47,886 bases of DNA from Microbacteriaceae bacterium. Its GTDB lineage: Bacteria > Actinomycetota > Actinomycetes > Actinomycetales > Microbacteriaceae. Positions 14,461 to 23,518 of the stretch are shown piece after piece (position 1 is the first letter of the stretch; each line of letters opens with the position of its first letter). Made by a program: the position numbers and the translations under genes. The notes beneath the pieces were generated by a model. It was not told the DNA's origin, searched no databases, and was given only the letters and a program-made list of their open reading frames with translations. The stretch covers positions 1 to 47,886 of the forward strand of contig JAODMG010000102.1 in assembly GCA_025464895.1 (NCBI GenBank), in the 5' to 3' direction.

Positions 14461-15954
14461 TCAGGAGATCACGTCGCGCAACAGCTCCGGATTGACGGTG
14501 CGACGCGTGCTCGACACTGCGAAGCCGACGATGAGCACGGCGAACGGCAGCAGGATGAGAATCCAGCCGATCGGGCTCTGGGCCCACGGCGTGACCGTCG
14601 GGTCGACGCCCTCCGCCGCGGTTCCCGCCAACAGTCCGAACCGCGACATCAGCAGGTATTCTCCGAGCACGAGGCCGACCAGGGCGATGATCGGCGCGAT
14701 CACGGTCTGGAAGGCATTCTCCTCCCCGCGATTGGCGCGGAAGTACGCGATCACGGCGATGCAGACCAACATTTCGATGAGCACGATGGCCACGACCGCC
14801 AGCCCGCTGAACCAGTTGAACAGGTTGAGCACCGGGTCGAGCTGGAACACCGCGAAGATCACGATGACGACACCGGTGATGATCGAGGTCAGGACGGATG
14901 CCGCACCAGGAGCACCGCGACGGTTGACCGTATTGAGCCGCTGCGGCAGCACGCCGCCTCGTCCCATCGCGAACAGGTAGCGGCTGGCCGCGTTCTGGAA
15001 CGCGAGGAGGCCGGCGAACAGGCTCGACAACACCAGGATGCTCATCACCGTCGCCATCCACGGTCCGACGTATTGCGATGCGAGGGAGAACAGCACCGCC
15101 GCCGGGTTCTCGAGCCCATTCGAAATGCTCGCGACCTTGTCGACGGCGCTCGACGCGCCGAGGCCGGTGACCATCGCGAACGCGGTCAGGGAGAACAGCA
15201 CGGTGATGACGACCACCGCGAGGTAGGTCGCCCGAGGGACCGCTCGCTTCGGGTTCTTCGACTCTTCGCCGTAGATGGCGGTCGCTTCGAAGCCGATGAA
15301 TGAGGCGAAAGCGAAGGCGAACGCGATCCCGGCAGACCCGGCGAGGCCACCGACCAGGATCTTGTCCGGCGCGAAGGATGCGGCGAAGTTGATGCCATCC
15401 GGTCCACCGTTGACGAGGATCGCGATCGAGGTGACGACGAGCGAGATGAGTTCGAGCAGCATCAGTCCTCCGAGCACTCTCGCGCCTACATCGACGCTGA
15501 GGAGCGACAGGAGCGTGACCACGGCCCATGCCACCAGGGTCCAGGCCCACCACGGCATCACCCCAAGCTGGGCCGAGATGACGGCGCCGAAGAAACCGTA
15601 GATCGCCAGTTGCACCGCGACGTAGGCGAGGATCGACACGAAGGCAGAGGCGATTCCGGCGTGCCTGCCGAGTCCCCGGCCGACATAGGCGAAGAAGGCT
15701 CCCGCGTTGGTGACCCGTTGGCTCATTGCCGCGTACCCGACGCTGAACAGCAGCAGGGTGATGCCGACGACGAGGTAGGCGCCAGGAGCCGCAGCCCCGT
15801 TACCGAGAAGAATCGCGACCGGGACCGCGCCGGTCATCCCGACCAGGGGGGCCGCGGCGGCGACCACGAAAAAGACGATTCCGATCACCCCGAGACGACC
15901 GCGTCGAAGAGTGGTCCCGGTCTCGCTGTCGCGTGCCTGCTCGGTAATCACCAT
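14461..15954 (-). CDS. APC family amino acid/amine permease
   Basis: About 12 TM helices, FFVVAAAAPL, SFIGFEATAIYGEESKNPKRAVPRATY; ATG at 15954 has GAGGAG 7 nt upstream. Confidence 0.9.
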   Translation of the reverse strand: MVITEQARDSETGTTLRRGRLGVIGIVFFVVAAAAPLVGMTGAVPVAILLGNGAAAPGAYLVVGITLLLFSVGYAAMSQRVTNAGAFFAYVGRGLGRHAGIASAFVSILAYVAVQLAIYGFFGAVISAQLGVMPWWAWTLVAWAVVTLLSLLSVDVGARVLGGLMLLELISLVVTSIAILVNGGPDGINFAASFAPDKILVGGLAGSAGIAFAFAFASFIGFEATAIYGEESKNPKRAVPRATYLAVVVITVLFSLTAFAMVTGLGASSAVDKVASISNGLENPAAVLFSLASQYVGPWMATVMSILVLSSLFAGLLAFQNAASRYLFAMGRGGVLPQRLNTVNRRGAPGAASVLTSIITGVVIVIFAVFQLDPVLNLFNWFSGLAVVAIVLIEMLVCIAVIAYFRANRGEENAFQTVIAPIIALVGLVLGEYLLMSRFGLLAGTAAEGVDPTVTPWAQSPIGWILILLPFAVLIVGFAVSSTRRTVNPELLRDVIS

Positions 15955-15988
15955 GGTCATACTCCTCGTCGAGTTCATGAACCGCAGG

Positions 15989-16006
15989 TCGTCCGTGTCC
16001 GAACGA
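15989..16006. promoter_or_regulatory. 18-bp palindromic operator, copy 2 (TCGTCCGTGTCCGAACGA)
   Basis: Upstream of the permease; overlaps by 1 nt the candidate minus-strand -10 CATAAT (16006-16011). Confidence 0.65.
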
Positions 16007-16078
16007 TTATGTCCACAATGACAAACGCGTGACGCCGCGTCAATAGCCCGGACCCGATCCGTCTCGGCCGCGAATCGC

Positions 16079-16096
16079 TCATTTGGGTGCAAACGA
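16079..16096. promoter_or_regulatory. 18-bp palindromic operator, copy 3 (TCATTTGGGTGCAAACGA)
   Basis: Covers the expected -35 region of the promoter whose -10 is TACACT (16112-16117). Confidence 0.7.
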
Positions 16097-16125
16097 TGCC
16101 GGGTGGTCGGCTACACTCTGGCCCT

Positions 16126-16935
16126 ATGAACGCACTCAATGGGTTCCTGCCGCCACTGACGCCGACCGGAACCAGCTCGCTCGTGCCGAGTCCTCCGTGG
16201 CACTACTCGGGAACCCTGCTCACCGTGGAGTATCGGACGGACCCCGGCAACATCCGCGCCATCCTCCCCGCCGACCTCGACCTGGCACCGGATGATCCGG
16301 GCGCCGTCGCCATCATCTGGGCGGACTGGCAGTCCTGCAGCGATGGGGGACTGGAGCTGCTCGATCCGATCCGTTCGCAGTATCTCGAGGCATTCGTCGT
16401 GGTGCGCTGCTCGTATGCCGGCGTCGTCTATAGTCGCTGCGTCGCCATCTGGGTCACCAAGGACTTCGCGATGGCACGCGGCTGGTTCCAGGGCTACCCG
16501 AAGAAGCTTGGTTCGATCCAGGTCACCCGCATCTTCAACCGGGGGAAGGCCACCCCGAGGCTCGAGGCAGGTGCACAACTCGGGGCGTCGCTCTCGGCCT
16601 ACGACCACCGGCTGGCCTCTGCGGTGGTGACCCTTCGCGCGCCCGCGGAGAGCAATGGCTTCGTCAACGGCCATCGGATGCTGCACAACCGTTTCCTGCC
16701 GTCCATCGGCAAGGGCGACGGGCTCTCCCTCGACCAGCTCGTGTCGATGGGAGGCGTCGACCTCGATCTCGGCCAGGCCTGGGAGGGCGACGCTGAGCTC
16801 TCGCTCGCCGATTCACCGTGGGACGAGTTGCACTCGATTCTTCCGGTCCACGAGATCATCGGCGGCTACTACCGCGAGGTCGGCACCACCTTCGACGGGG
16901 GAGAGCTGATCGTCGATCGCTCGCGCGCGGTCTGA
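16126..16935 (+). CDS. Acetoacetate-decarboxylase-fold protein, MppR-like subfamily
   Basis: N-terminal GFLPPLTPTG..SLVPSPPWHYSG, SQYLEAF, Schiff-base motif RGWFQGYPKKLG. Confidence 0.85.
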   Translation: MNALNGFLPPLTPTGTSSLVPSPPWHYSGTLLTVEYRTDPGNIRAILPADLDLAPDDPGAVAIIWADWQSCSDGGLELLDPIRSQYLEAFVVVRCSYAGVVYSRCVAIWVTKDFAMARGWFQGYPKKLGSIQVTRIFNRGKATPRLEAGAQLGASLSAYDHRLASAVVTLRAPAESNGFVNGHRMLHNRFLPSIGKGDGLSLDQLVSMGGVDLDLGQAWEGDAELSLADSPWDELHSILPVHEIIGGYYREVGTTFDGGELIVDRSRAV

Positions 16936-16979
16936 CCTGGCGCCGGTTGCCGCGCCATCCGGGGCGCTCGTAGCCGGGG

Positions 16980-18326
16980 CTAGTAGTCCTCGAGGTACTC
17001 GTCCAGCTCCCACTGGGTGACCAGCCGGGTCGCAGGGTCCTCGACGGCGTCCTCGTAACGCGACACCTCATCCCGCTTCATCATGGTGAAAACGTCGACG
17101 AGCGGCTCTCCGAGGGACGCACGGAACAGCCGGCTCGAATCGAGGGCGTCCAGTGCGCTCGACAGCGACTCCGGCAGTATCTCGGCCGCCTCGTTCTGGT
17201 AGGCCCAGCCGTCCGCGGTGGCTGGGACCGGGAGTTTCCTGACGATGCCGTCGAGCGCGGCGGCCAGCACGGACGCGATCATCAGGTACGGATTCGCCGC
17301 ACCGTCTCCCACTCGAAGCTCCAGCCGGGTTCCAGCCCCTCGTTCCGGCGGAACGCGCACCATCGTGCTGCGATTGTCGTGACCCCAATTCGCCCGGTAC
17401 GGCGCGAGGGTGTCTGGACCGAGTCGCTTGTATGCGTTCACGGTCGGGTTGGTCAGCGCGACGAGCGCCGGCGCGTTGTCCAGGATGCCCGCGATCATCT
17501 GGTTCGCCAGCCCGGAGAGTTCGCCGTCGCTCACCATCAGGTTCGTGCCAGCCGCGTCGACCACCGAGAAGTGCAGGTGGAACCCGCTCCCTCCCTCGTC
17601 GCTCCACGGCCTGCCGAGGAAGGTGGCCAGCTTCCCGGAGCGGGCGACGATGTCTTTCACCGACGTCTTGAACAGGAAGGTCCTGTCCGCCGCCCGCATC
17701 GCCTCGCCGTGCCAGAGGTTGATCTCGTACTGGGACGGACTGAACTCGTGGTTCCCGGCGAAGACGCCGATATCCATCCGGTCCAGGGTCCGGAGCAGTG
17801 TCAGGAACGTGCCGTCCGGGTCGACCCATGCGCCGGTCGTGTAGACCCGTCCCGTGCGCTGCAATGCGCGCTGCCACCCGCCGTCGCCACGCTCGGCGAT
17901 GTAGAACTCGAGTTCTGGACCAACGATCGGGGTGAGACCGAGCGCAGCGTACTGCTCGATGACCCGACGCAGCGCGGACCTGGGGGAGAGCCGGCTATCC
18001 GAGCCGTCCGGGTCGGCCGCGTCGGCGACCACCATCGCGACGCCCGGCTCCCACGGCATCGGCGTGATCGTGGTCGGGTCGATCGTGGTCACCAGGTCCG
18101 GCAGCCCGCTCGACATGATGTCGTTGCCGTCGAGCACGCCTCCGCGGGACGTCGTCACCCAGACTCCCTGGCAGAACGCCGGCCCGTTGGCCGCCGAGCG
18201 GTCGAGTTGGCTGACCAGCAGGTCCTTCGAACGGGTGATGCCGAGGATGTCCGGGAAGATCAGTCGAAGCACGTCGATGCCCTGGCCTTCGAGTTGAGAT
18301 CGCACTGCGGCGACGTCGATGCTCAT
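16980..18326 (-). CDS. Glutamine-synthetase-family protein, probable gamma-glutamyl-amine ligase
   Basis: GPELEFY, HEFSPSQYEI, GSGFHLHFS, DNRSTMVRVP, RLELRVGD; lacks the canonical YEAP flap (has TLAP); ATG 18326 preceded by AAAGGAG. Confidence 0.88.
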   Translation of the reverse strand: MSIDVAAVRSQLEGQGIDVLRLIFPDILGITRSKDLLVSQLDRSAANGPAFCQGVWVTTSRGGVLDGNDIMSSGLPDLVTTIDPTTITPMPWEPGVAMVVADAADPDGSDSRLSPRSALRRVIEQYAALGLTPIVGPELEFYIAERGDGGWQRALQRTGRVYTTGAWVDPDGTFLTLLRTLDRMDIGVFAGNHEFSPSQYEINLWHGEAMRAADRTFLFKTSVKDIVARSGKLATFLGRPWSDEGGSGFHLHFSVVDAAGTNLMVSDGELSGLANQMIAGILDNAPALVALTNPTVNAYKRLGPDTLAPYRANWGHDNRSTMVRVPPERGAGTRLELRVGDGAANPYLMIASVLAAALDGIVRKLPVPATADGWAYQNEAAEILPESLSSALDALDSSRLFRASLGEPLVDVFTMMKRDEVSRYEDAVEDPATRLVTQWELDEYLEDY

Positions 18327-18349
18327 CTTCCAGCTCCTTTGCCGAGAAA

Positions 18350-18367
18350 TCATTCGGGCCTGAACGA
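18350..18367. promoter_or_regulatory. 18-bp palindromic operator, copy 4 (TCATTCGGGCCTGAACGA)
   Basis: In the divergent gap between the GS-like gene and the GATase gene. Confidence 0.7.
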
Positions 18368-18433
18368 ATAGTGCGATACTAGGCCAAATCACACGGCTGT
18401 GGGCCGACGTGACTGGCCGCGAAAGGCGATGCC

Positions 18434-19138
18434 GTGAAAGCCCTGTTCGTACAGCACGATCACATCAGCCCGACGGGGCCGGTCGCCGAGCGACTCGCGC
18501 AGCGCGGATTCGACGTCGAATCTGTTGTCGTGGTCGACGCCGAGAACTTCCACAGTCCGAACGTCGACTTCAGCTTTCCGGATGCGGGCGACTACGACCT
18601 CCTGGTTCCGATGGGTGCGCCGTGGGGTGCCTGGGACGACGCCAGCATCGGCCGGTGGCTGCAGCCGGAGATCGCCTGGATCCGTGATGCGATCGACCGG
18701 GACATCCCGGTGCTCGGGATCTGCTTCGGCGGACAACTCATCGCCCGTGCGCTCGGCGGAGTTGTCGGACCGGCCAGGAAGGCCGAGATCGGCTGGACCG
18801 CGATTCACAGCGATGACCCGTCGCTGGTGTCATCCGGCCCATGGTTCCAGTTCCACTACGACAGTTGGACCCTCCCGGCCGGAGCAACCGAGATCGCCAG
18901 GAACTCGGTGGCATCACAGGCCTTCCGCTACGGCAGAACGCTGGCCGTCCAGTTTCATCCAGAGCTCACCGCCGGCACCCTCGAGGGCTGGTTGCGCGAG
19001 GGCGGGGCAGAGCAGGTGAGCGACGACGGCCAGGACGCGGATGCGCTGCTCGCGCACACCATGGCGGAGGAGCGCGACGCGGCGGCGAGAACGGTCGCCC
19101 TCATCGATGCCTACCTCGATCGAGTCGCGAAACTATAG
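18434..19138 (+). CDS. Class I glutamine amidotransferase-like protein (possible gamma-glutamyl-amide hydrolase)
   Basis: PVLGICFGGQL nucleophile Cys and VQFHPE His-Glu of the triad; stand-alone domain next to the GS-like gene. Confidence 0.88.
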   Translation: MKALFVQHDHISPTGPVAERLAQRGFDVESVVVVDAENFHSPNVDFSFPDAGDYDLLVPMGAPWGAWDDASIGRWLQPEIAWIRDAIDRDIPVLGICFGGQLIARALGGVVGPARKAEIGWTAIHSDDPSLVSSGPWFQFHYDSWTLPAGATEIARNSVASQAFRYGRTLAVQFHPELTAGTLEGWLREGGAEQVSDDGQDADALLAHTMAEERDAAARTVALIDAYLDRVAKL

Positions 19139-19163
19139 CGGTCTGGATGCTCGAGCTGAACAG

Positions 19164-20417
19164 CTAGCGCGCCAGTTCGACCCGCACCGGGAACCGTTTG
19201 ATCCCGTTGATGAAATTGCTGCGCAGACGGTCCAGCGTGCCGGTCTGATGCATTCCACTGATCCGCGGCAGCAGGTCCTCGAACATGATCCGGATCTCCA
19301 GCCGGGCGAGCGCGTTCCCCATGCACATGTGCGGGCCGCCTCGGCCGAACGCCATGTGCTCGTTGGGATTGCGGGTCACATCCATCCGATACGGGTCCTC
19401 GAATACCCCCGGATCGCGATTGCCTGCCGCGAACCAGGTGACCACCTTGTCGCCTTCCTTGATCGCCTGGCCGCCGATCTCCGTGTCCATCGTCGCGGTC
19501 CTGCGAAAGTGATAGACCGGGCTGGCCAGTCGCAAGAACTCCTCGATCGCCCACGGGATCAGCTCAGGACGCTCCTGCAGCAGGGCGAGCTGGTCCGGGT
19601 TCTGCATGAGGTAGTGCATCGAGTGGGTGATGCTGTGTCTCGTCGTCTCGTTCCCCGCGACCACGAGCAGGAGGAAATAACTGTTGAAGTCCCGGTCGGA
19701 GAGCGGGACGTCGTCCATCGGCGTCTGGTTGACCAGGCGCGACACGAGGTCTGTCCCATCTTTTCCGCGGCGCTGCTTGGCGAGCTCGCGCCCGTAGGCG
19801 AAGACCTCCTGCGCCGCAGGGGAGCGGAACGGCAACAGTCGGTACTGCTCGCTCTCATCCGAGTGGAGGAGAACGTCCGCGTGCTCCGGGTCGGTGTTTC
19901 CGACCATCCGATTTCCCCAATCGATCAGGCGATGGATGTCGGTGTCCGGCACGTCCATCATCCGCGCGAGCACCCTGATCGGAAAGTCGGCCGCGACATC
20001 GGCGACGAAATCGAACTCGCCCTTCGCGAAAGCAGCGTCGAGTGTGGTCGCGGTGAGCCCGCGGAGGAATGTCTCATAGCCGACGACCGCCTTCGGGTTG
20101 AACTCGCCCTGCATCAGGCGACGAAGGGCCCGGTGCCGCACCCCATCCGTCTCGAGCATCGACTTCCTGGCTTCGATCTGGTCGGCGTCGAGCTCTTCGA
20201 GGTTCACCGTCCCGCGTTCGCTGGAGAACGTCTCGGTGTCGCGAAGCACCCCGACGATGTCGTGATAGCGGGTGAGCGACCAGAAACCGTGGTTCGGCGC
20301 GTCCTCGTCGTCCCAGTGCACCGGGGCGTTCGCTCGCAGCTCGTCGAACACTTCCCACGGCTGTTCCCGCTCGAATAGATCGAGGTCGGCAAGTGTGACA
20401 TTCGCCAGTGAAGTCAA
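19164..20417 (-). CDS. Cytochrome P450 (CYP124/125-like features)
   Basis: I-helix LLVVAGNETTRH, EEFLR ExxR motif, heme motif FGRGGPHMCMG; TTG start with GGAGG 5 nt upstream. Confidence 0.93.
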   Translation of the reverse strand: MTSLANVTLADLDLFEREQPWEVFDELRANAPVHWDDEDAPNHGFWSLTRYHDIVGVLRDTETFSSERGTVNLEELDADQIEARKSMLETDGVRHRALRRLMQGEFNPKAVVGYETFLRGLTATTLDAAFAKGEFDFVADVAADFPIRVLARMMDVPDTDIHRLIDWGNRMVGNTDPEHADVLLHSDESEQYRLLPFRSPAAQEVFAYGRELAKQRRGKDGTDLVSRLVNQTPMDDVPLSDRDFNSYFLLLVVAGNETTRHSITHSMHYLMQNPDQLALLQERPELIPWAIEEFLRLASPVYHFRRTATMDTEIGGQAIKEGDKVVTWFAAGNRDPGVFEDPYRMDVTRNPNEHMAFGRGGPHMCMGNALARLEIRIMFEDLLPRISGMHQTGTLDRLRSNFINGIKRFPVRVELAR

Positions 20418-20434
20418 CGCATCCTCCGGGGATA

Positions 20435-20452
20435 TTGTTAGGATGCGAACAA
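20435..20452. promoter_or_regulatory. 18-bp palindromic operator, copy 5 (TTGTTAGGATGCGAACAA)
   Basis: Between P450 and MarR genes; overlaps candidate minus-strand -10 TAGGTT (20451-20456). Confidence 0.7.
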
Positions 20453-20554
20453 CCTACACCTCAGGCAGGGGACGCAACAGCTCCGAAGCACACTCGTGAC
20501 CCCGTTGGGGTGAACTAGAGTTGCGACACCCGCGGATTGCCAAGGAGATACGAC

Positions 20555-21055
20555 ATGCCCGGACCTCACACCCTGGTCGAGACGGAACGACGGGTCGATG
20601 AGCGGCTCGGCCAACTCGACATCGACTTCACGTCAATGGCAGTGGTATCCAACCTGTTCCGTGCCGCGAACGCCGTCCGCAACCACCTCGAACGCACCGT
20701 CCTGGCGGAACACGACCTCTCCTGGACGGGGTTTGTCGTGCTCTGGGTCACCTGGATCTGGGAGCCGATCGAGACCAGGCAGATCGCCGTGGAGGGCGGG
20801 TTCTCGAAGGCAACGCTCACCGGGGTGCTGTCGACTCTCGAAGGCAGGGGTTGGCTGGCACGGGAGAAGAGCCAGAGCGACGGCCGACTGGTCCTCGTGC
20901 GGATGACACCGGCAGGCAGGGACCTGATGGAGACACTGTTCCCTGCGTTCAACGAACAGGAACGGCACGTCGCAAGCCCCGTCGATCCGGCCAAGCGCGG
21001 CGAATTGGCCGAAATGCTCCGCGTGGTGACCGTGAACGTTGAGAAACAGTCCTAG
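20555..21055 (+). CDS. MarR family transcriptional regulator
   Basis: Winged-helix pattern SKATLTGVLSTLEGRGWLAR...DGRLVLVRMTPAG; ATG 20555 preceded by AAGGAG. Confidence 0.92.
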   Translation: MPGPHTLVETERRVDERLGQLDIDFTSMAVVSNLFRAANAVRNHLERTVLAEHDLSWTGFVVLWVTWIWEPIETRQIAVEGGFSKATLTGVLSTLEGRGWLAREKSQSDGRLVLVRMTPAGRDLMETLFPAFNEQERHVASPVDPAKRGELAEMLRVVTVNVEKQS

Positions 21056-21092
21056 CGCTGTTGTAGAGCCAATGCCGATTGGATAGGCTAAC

Positions 21093-21110
21093 TCATTAGC
21101 ATCCGAATGA
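21093..21110. promoter_or_regulatory. 18-bp palindromic operator, copy 6 (TCATTAGCATCCGAATGA)
   Basis: Just downstream of candidate -10 TAGGCT (21084-21089), upstream of the ring-cleavage operon. Confidence 0.75.
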
Positions 21111-21142
21111 TTTAACGACGAGTCATTCGAGACGGGAACTGC

Positions 21143-22606
21143 ATGTCCACGATCGAGGTTGCCGGAGTCCAGGTCGACCTCCGGCATTACATCGGAGGCC
21201 GGCGAATCGAGTCGGAGTCCACGTTTCGGAACAGTTCGCCGATCGACGGCAGTTTCCTCGGCGACATCGCCAGAGGCGGCCAGCGCGAGGTTGATCTCGC
21301 CGTCGCGGCGGCGACCGACGCCTTCCCCGTGTGGTCGACCACGCCGCCTGCCGACCGTGCCGCCGTCCTGAACCGGATAGCAGACCTGGTCGACCAGAAC
21401 CTGTCGGACCTCGCCATTGTCGAGACCACGGACAACGGGGCGCTGCTCCGCAGCCATCTCCGCGGCGTGATGCCGAGGGTCGCGCACAATTTTCGCTTCT
21501 TCGCCGACTGGCTGGTCAACCACCTGGGGCATCCGGATTTCGAGACCCGCGGCCACACGAATCACGTCAGCTGGGACCCGTCTGGGGTGGCCGCCCTCAT
21601 CACGCCGTGGAATGCGCCGCTGATGCTCGCCACCTGGAAGATCGCGCCGGCCCTGGCCGCCGGGGACACCGTCGTTCTGAAACCGGCAGAGTGGACTCCG
21701 CTGACCGCGTCGCTGTTCGCCGATCTCACCAAGCAGGCCGGGCTGCCGGATGGAGCGTTCAACGTTGTGCAGGGCTACGGGAGCGAGGCGGGGGCGGCCC
21801 TGGTGGCCCACCCGGGGCTCAGGCGAATCTCCTTCACCGGCTCGGTCCCCACCGCGAAGACGATCGCGATGGCCGCGGCAGAAAACCTCACGCCCTGCAG
21901 TTTCGAGCTCGGCGGCAAGAGCCCGTTCATCGTGCTCGCGGATGCCGACCTCGAGTTGGCGGCCGACCTCGCAGTCGAGCAGTACGACAACGCCGGCCAG
22001 GTGTGCCTCTCCGGCACCCGCATCCTCGTCCACGACAGCATTGCCGATCGTTTTTCGGCGGTCTTCCGTGCGAGGGCCGAGGCACTGCGGCAGGGTGATC
22101 CGAGGGACCCCGAGACGGACATCGGCCCGCAGATCCACCCAGCCCACTTCGACCGGGTCAAGGGCTTCGTCGACCGTGCATCCGCCGAGGGGGCGGACAT
22201 CGTCTTCGGCGGAACTCCGAACGAGGAGCTCGGCGGACTCTACTTCCGGCCAACACTGGTGAACGAGCCGTCGCGAGACAGCGAGATCGTCACAGAGGAG
22301 GTCTTCGGCCCGGTGCTCACCATGCAGAGATTCTCGACCGACGACGAGGCAATCGCCGTGGCGAACGGCACAGAGTTCGGGCTCGCCGCCGTTGTCGTCT
22401 CCGGCAACAGGACACACGCCGACGCGATCACATCGCGCCTGGTCGCCGGCACCATCTGGGTGAACTGCTTCTTCGTCCGCGACCTGCGGGCGCCATTCGG
22501 CGGCTCGAAGAAATCCGGGGTCGGGCGAGAAGGCGGCACCTGGTCGTTCGACTTCTATGCGGACGTGAAGAACACGGTCGTTGCTCCACAGGGATGGAAG
22601 GAATAG
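21143..22606 (+). CDS. Aldehyde dehydrogenase, (carboxymethyl)hydroxymuconic-semialdehyde dehydrogenase type (HpaE/XylG-like)
   Basis: ITPWNAPLMLATWKIAPALAAG, KPAEWTPLTA, FELGGKS, GQVCLSG, VRDLRAPFGGSKKSGVGREGG. Confidence 0.88.
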   Translation: MSTIEVAGVQVDLRHYIGGRRIESESTFRNSSPIDGSFLGDIARGGQREVDLAVAAATDAFPVWSTTPPADRAAVLNRIADLVDQNLSDLAIVETTDNGALLRSHLRGVMPRVAHNFRFFADWLVNHLGHPDFETRGHTNHVSWDPSGVAALITPWNAPLMLATWKIAPALAAGDTVVLKPAEWTPLTASLFADLTKQAGLPDGAFNVVQGYGSEAGAALVAHPGLRRISFTGSVPTAKTIAMAAAENLTPCSFELGGKSPFIVLADADLELAADLAVEQYDNAGQVCLSGTRILVHDSIADRFSAVFRARAEALRQGDPRDPETDIGPQIHPAHFDRVKGFVDRASAEGADIVFGGTPNEELGGLYFRPTLVNEPSRDSEIVTEEVFGPVLTMQRFSTDDEAIAVANGTEFGLAAVVVSGNRTHADAITSRLVAGTIWVNCFFVRDLRAPFGGSKKSGVGREGGTWSFDFYADVKNTVVAPQGWKE

Positions 22607-22609
22607 GAA

Positions 22610-23518
22610 ATGGGAGAAGTAGTAGGCGTCGGCCTGATCGCTCATGTACCGACGATCATGCTGCCCCGTGACGAGCGGCTGGCCATCAACGACGGCAAAG
22701 AGATCACCCTGGTACCCGGTCTCGAGAAGCTTCGCAAAGACGTGTTCGAGTCGGATGACTATGACACCGTCGTCGTACTCGACAGCCACTGGGCAACCAC
22801 CGTCGAGTACGTGATCTCCTCGCACGAGCACCGCGGCGGAAAGTTCACATCGGAGGAACTGCCGAGAGGGATGCACGGGGTGCCGTTCGGCTACCGCGGA
22901 GATCCGCAACTCGCCGAACTCGCCGGCCGATTCGCCGAGAAGAACGGAACCTGGATCACGCCGATCGACGACCCGGACCTGCCGGTAATGTACGCGACGA
23001 TCAACCTCTGGAAGTTTCTCGGCGAGGGCCTCGACAAGCGCTGGGTGAGTCTCAGCGTCTGCCAGACCGGAACAGACGAAGACATGCTCCGTGCGGGCAG
23101 GGCGCTCGGTGAGGCCATCGCGGCGAGCGATCGCCGCGTCATCCTGCTGGCATCCGGTGCGCTGTCGCACACCTTCTACAAGCTGCGCGAGCTCCGCAAA
23201 CACGAGGCGAGCGACCCGAAGCACATCTTCTCCGACAAGGCCAGGGCAGCGGACTACGAGCGACTCGAATGGATGAAGGCCGGCGAGCACGGCAAGATCC
23301 TCGAGTCGATGCCCGCATTCCACACGGTGCGGCCGGAGGCCATGTTCGGCCACTGGCTGCTGGCGGCCGGCGCCATCGGCGAAGAAGACTGCACCGCTCC
23401 AGGCGAGCTGTACAGCGAATACGAGAACTCGATCGGAACCGGACAGGTCCACGTCTGGTTTCCTCGTCCGGCCGACGGCTTCCCGCTGGCCAAGGATGTG
23501 ACGCTGTCCCGTGACTGA
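22610..23518 (+). CDS. LigB-fold extradiol dioxygenase, homoprotocatechuate 2,3-dioxygenase (HpaD)-like
   Basis: AHVPTI, VVLDSHW, SEELP, YATI, ASGALSHTF and GTGQ motifs parallel those of HpaD. Confidence 0.85.
   Translation: MGEVVGVGLIAHVPTIMLPRDERLAINDGKEITLVPGLEKLRKDVFESDDYDTVVVLDSHWATTVEYVISSHEHRGGKFTSEELPRGMHGVPFGYRGDPQLAELAGRFAEKNGTWITPIDDPDLPVMYATINLWKFLGEGLDKRWVSLSVCQTGTDEDMLRAGRALGEAIAASDRRVILLASGALSHTFYKLRELRKHEASDPKHIFSDKARAADYERLEWMKAGEHGKILESMPAFHTVRPEAMFGHWLLAAGAIGEEDCTAPGELYSEYENSIGTGQVHVWFPRPADGFPLAKDVTLSRD

Noticed and set aside
16980-18326. Calling the GS-family gene glnA
   Set aside because: Ammonium-site residues are altered and the context is catabolic
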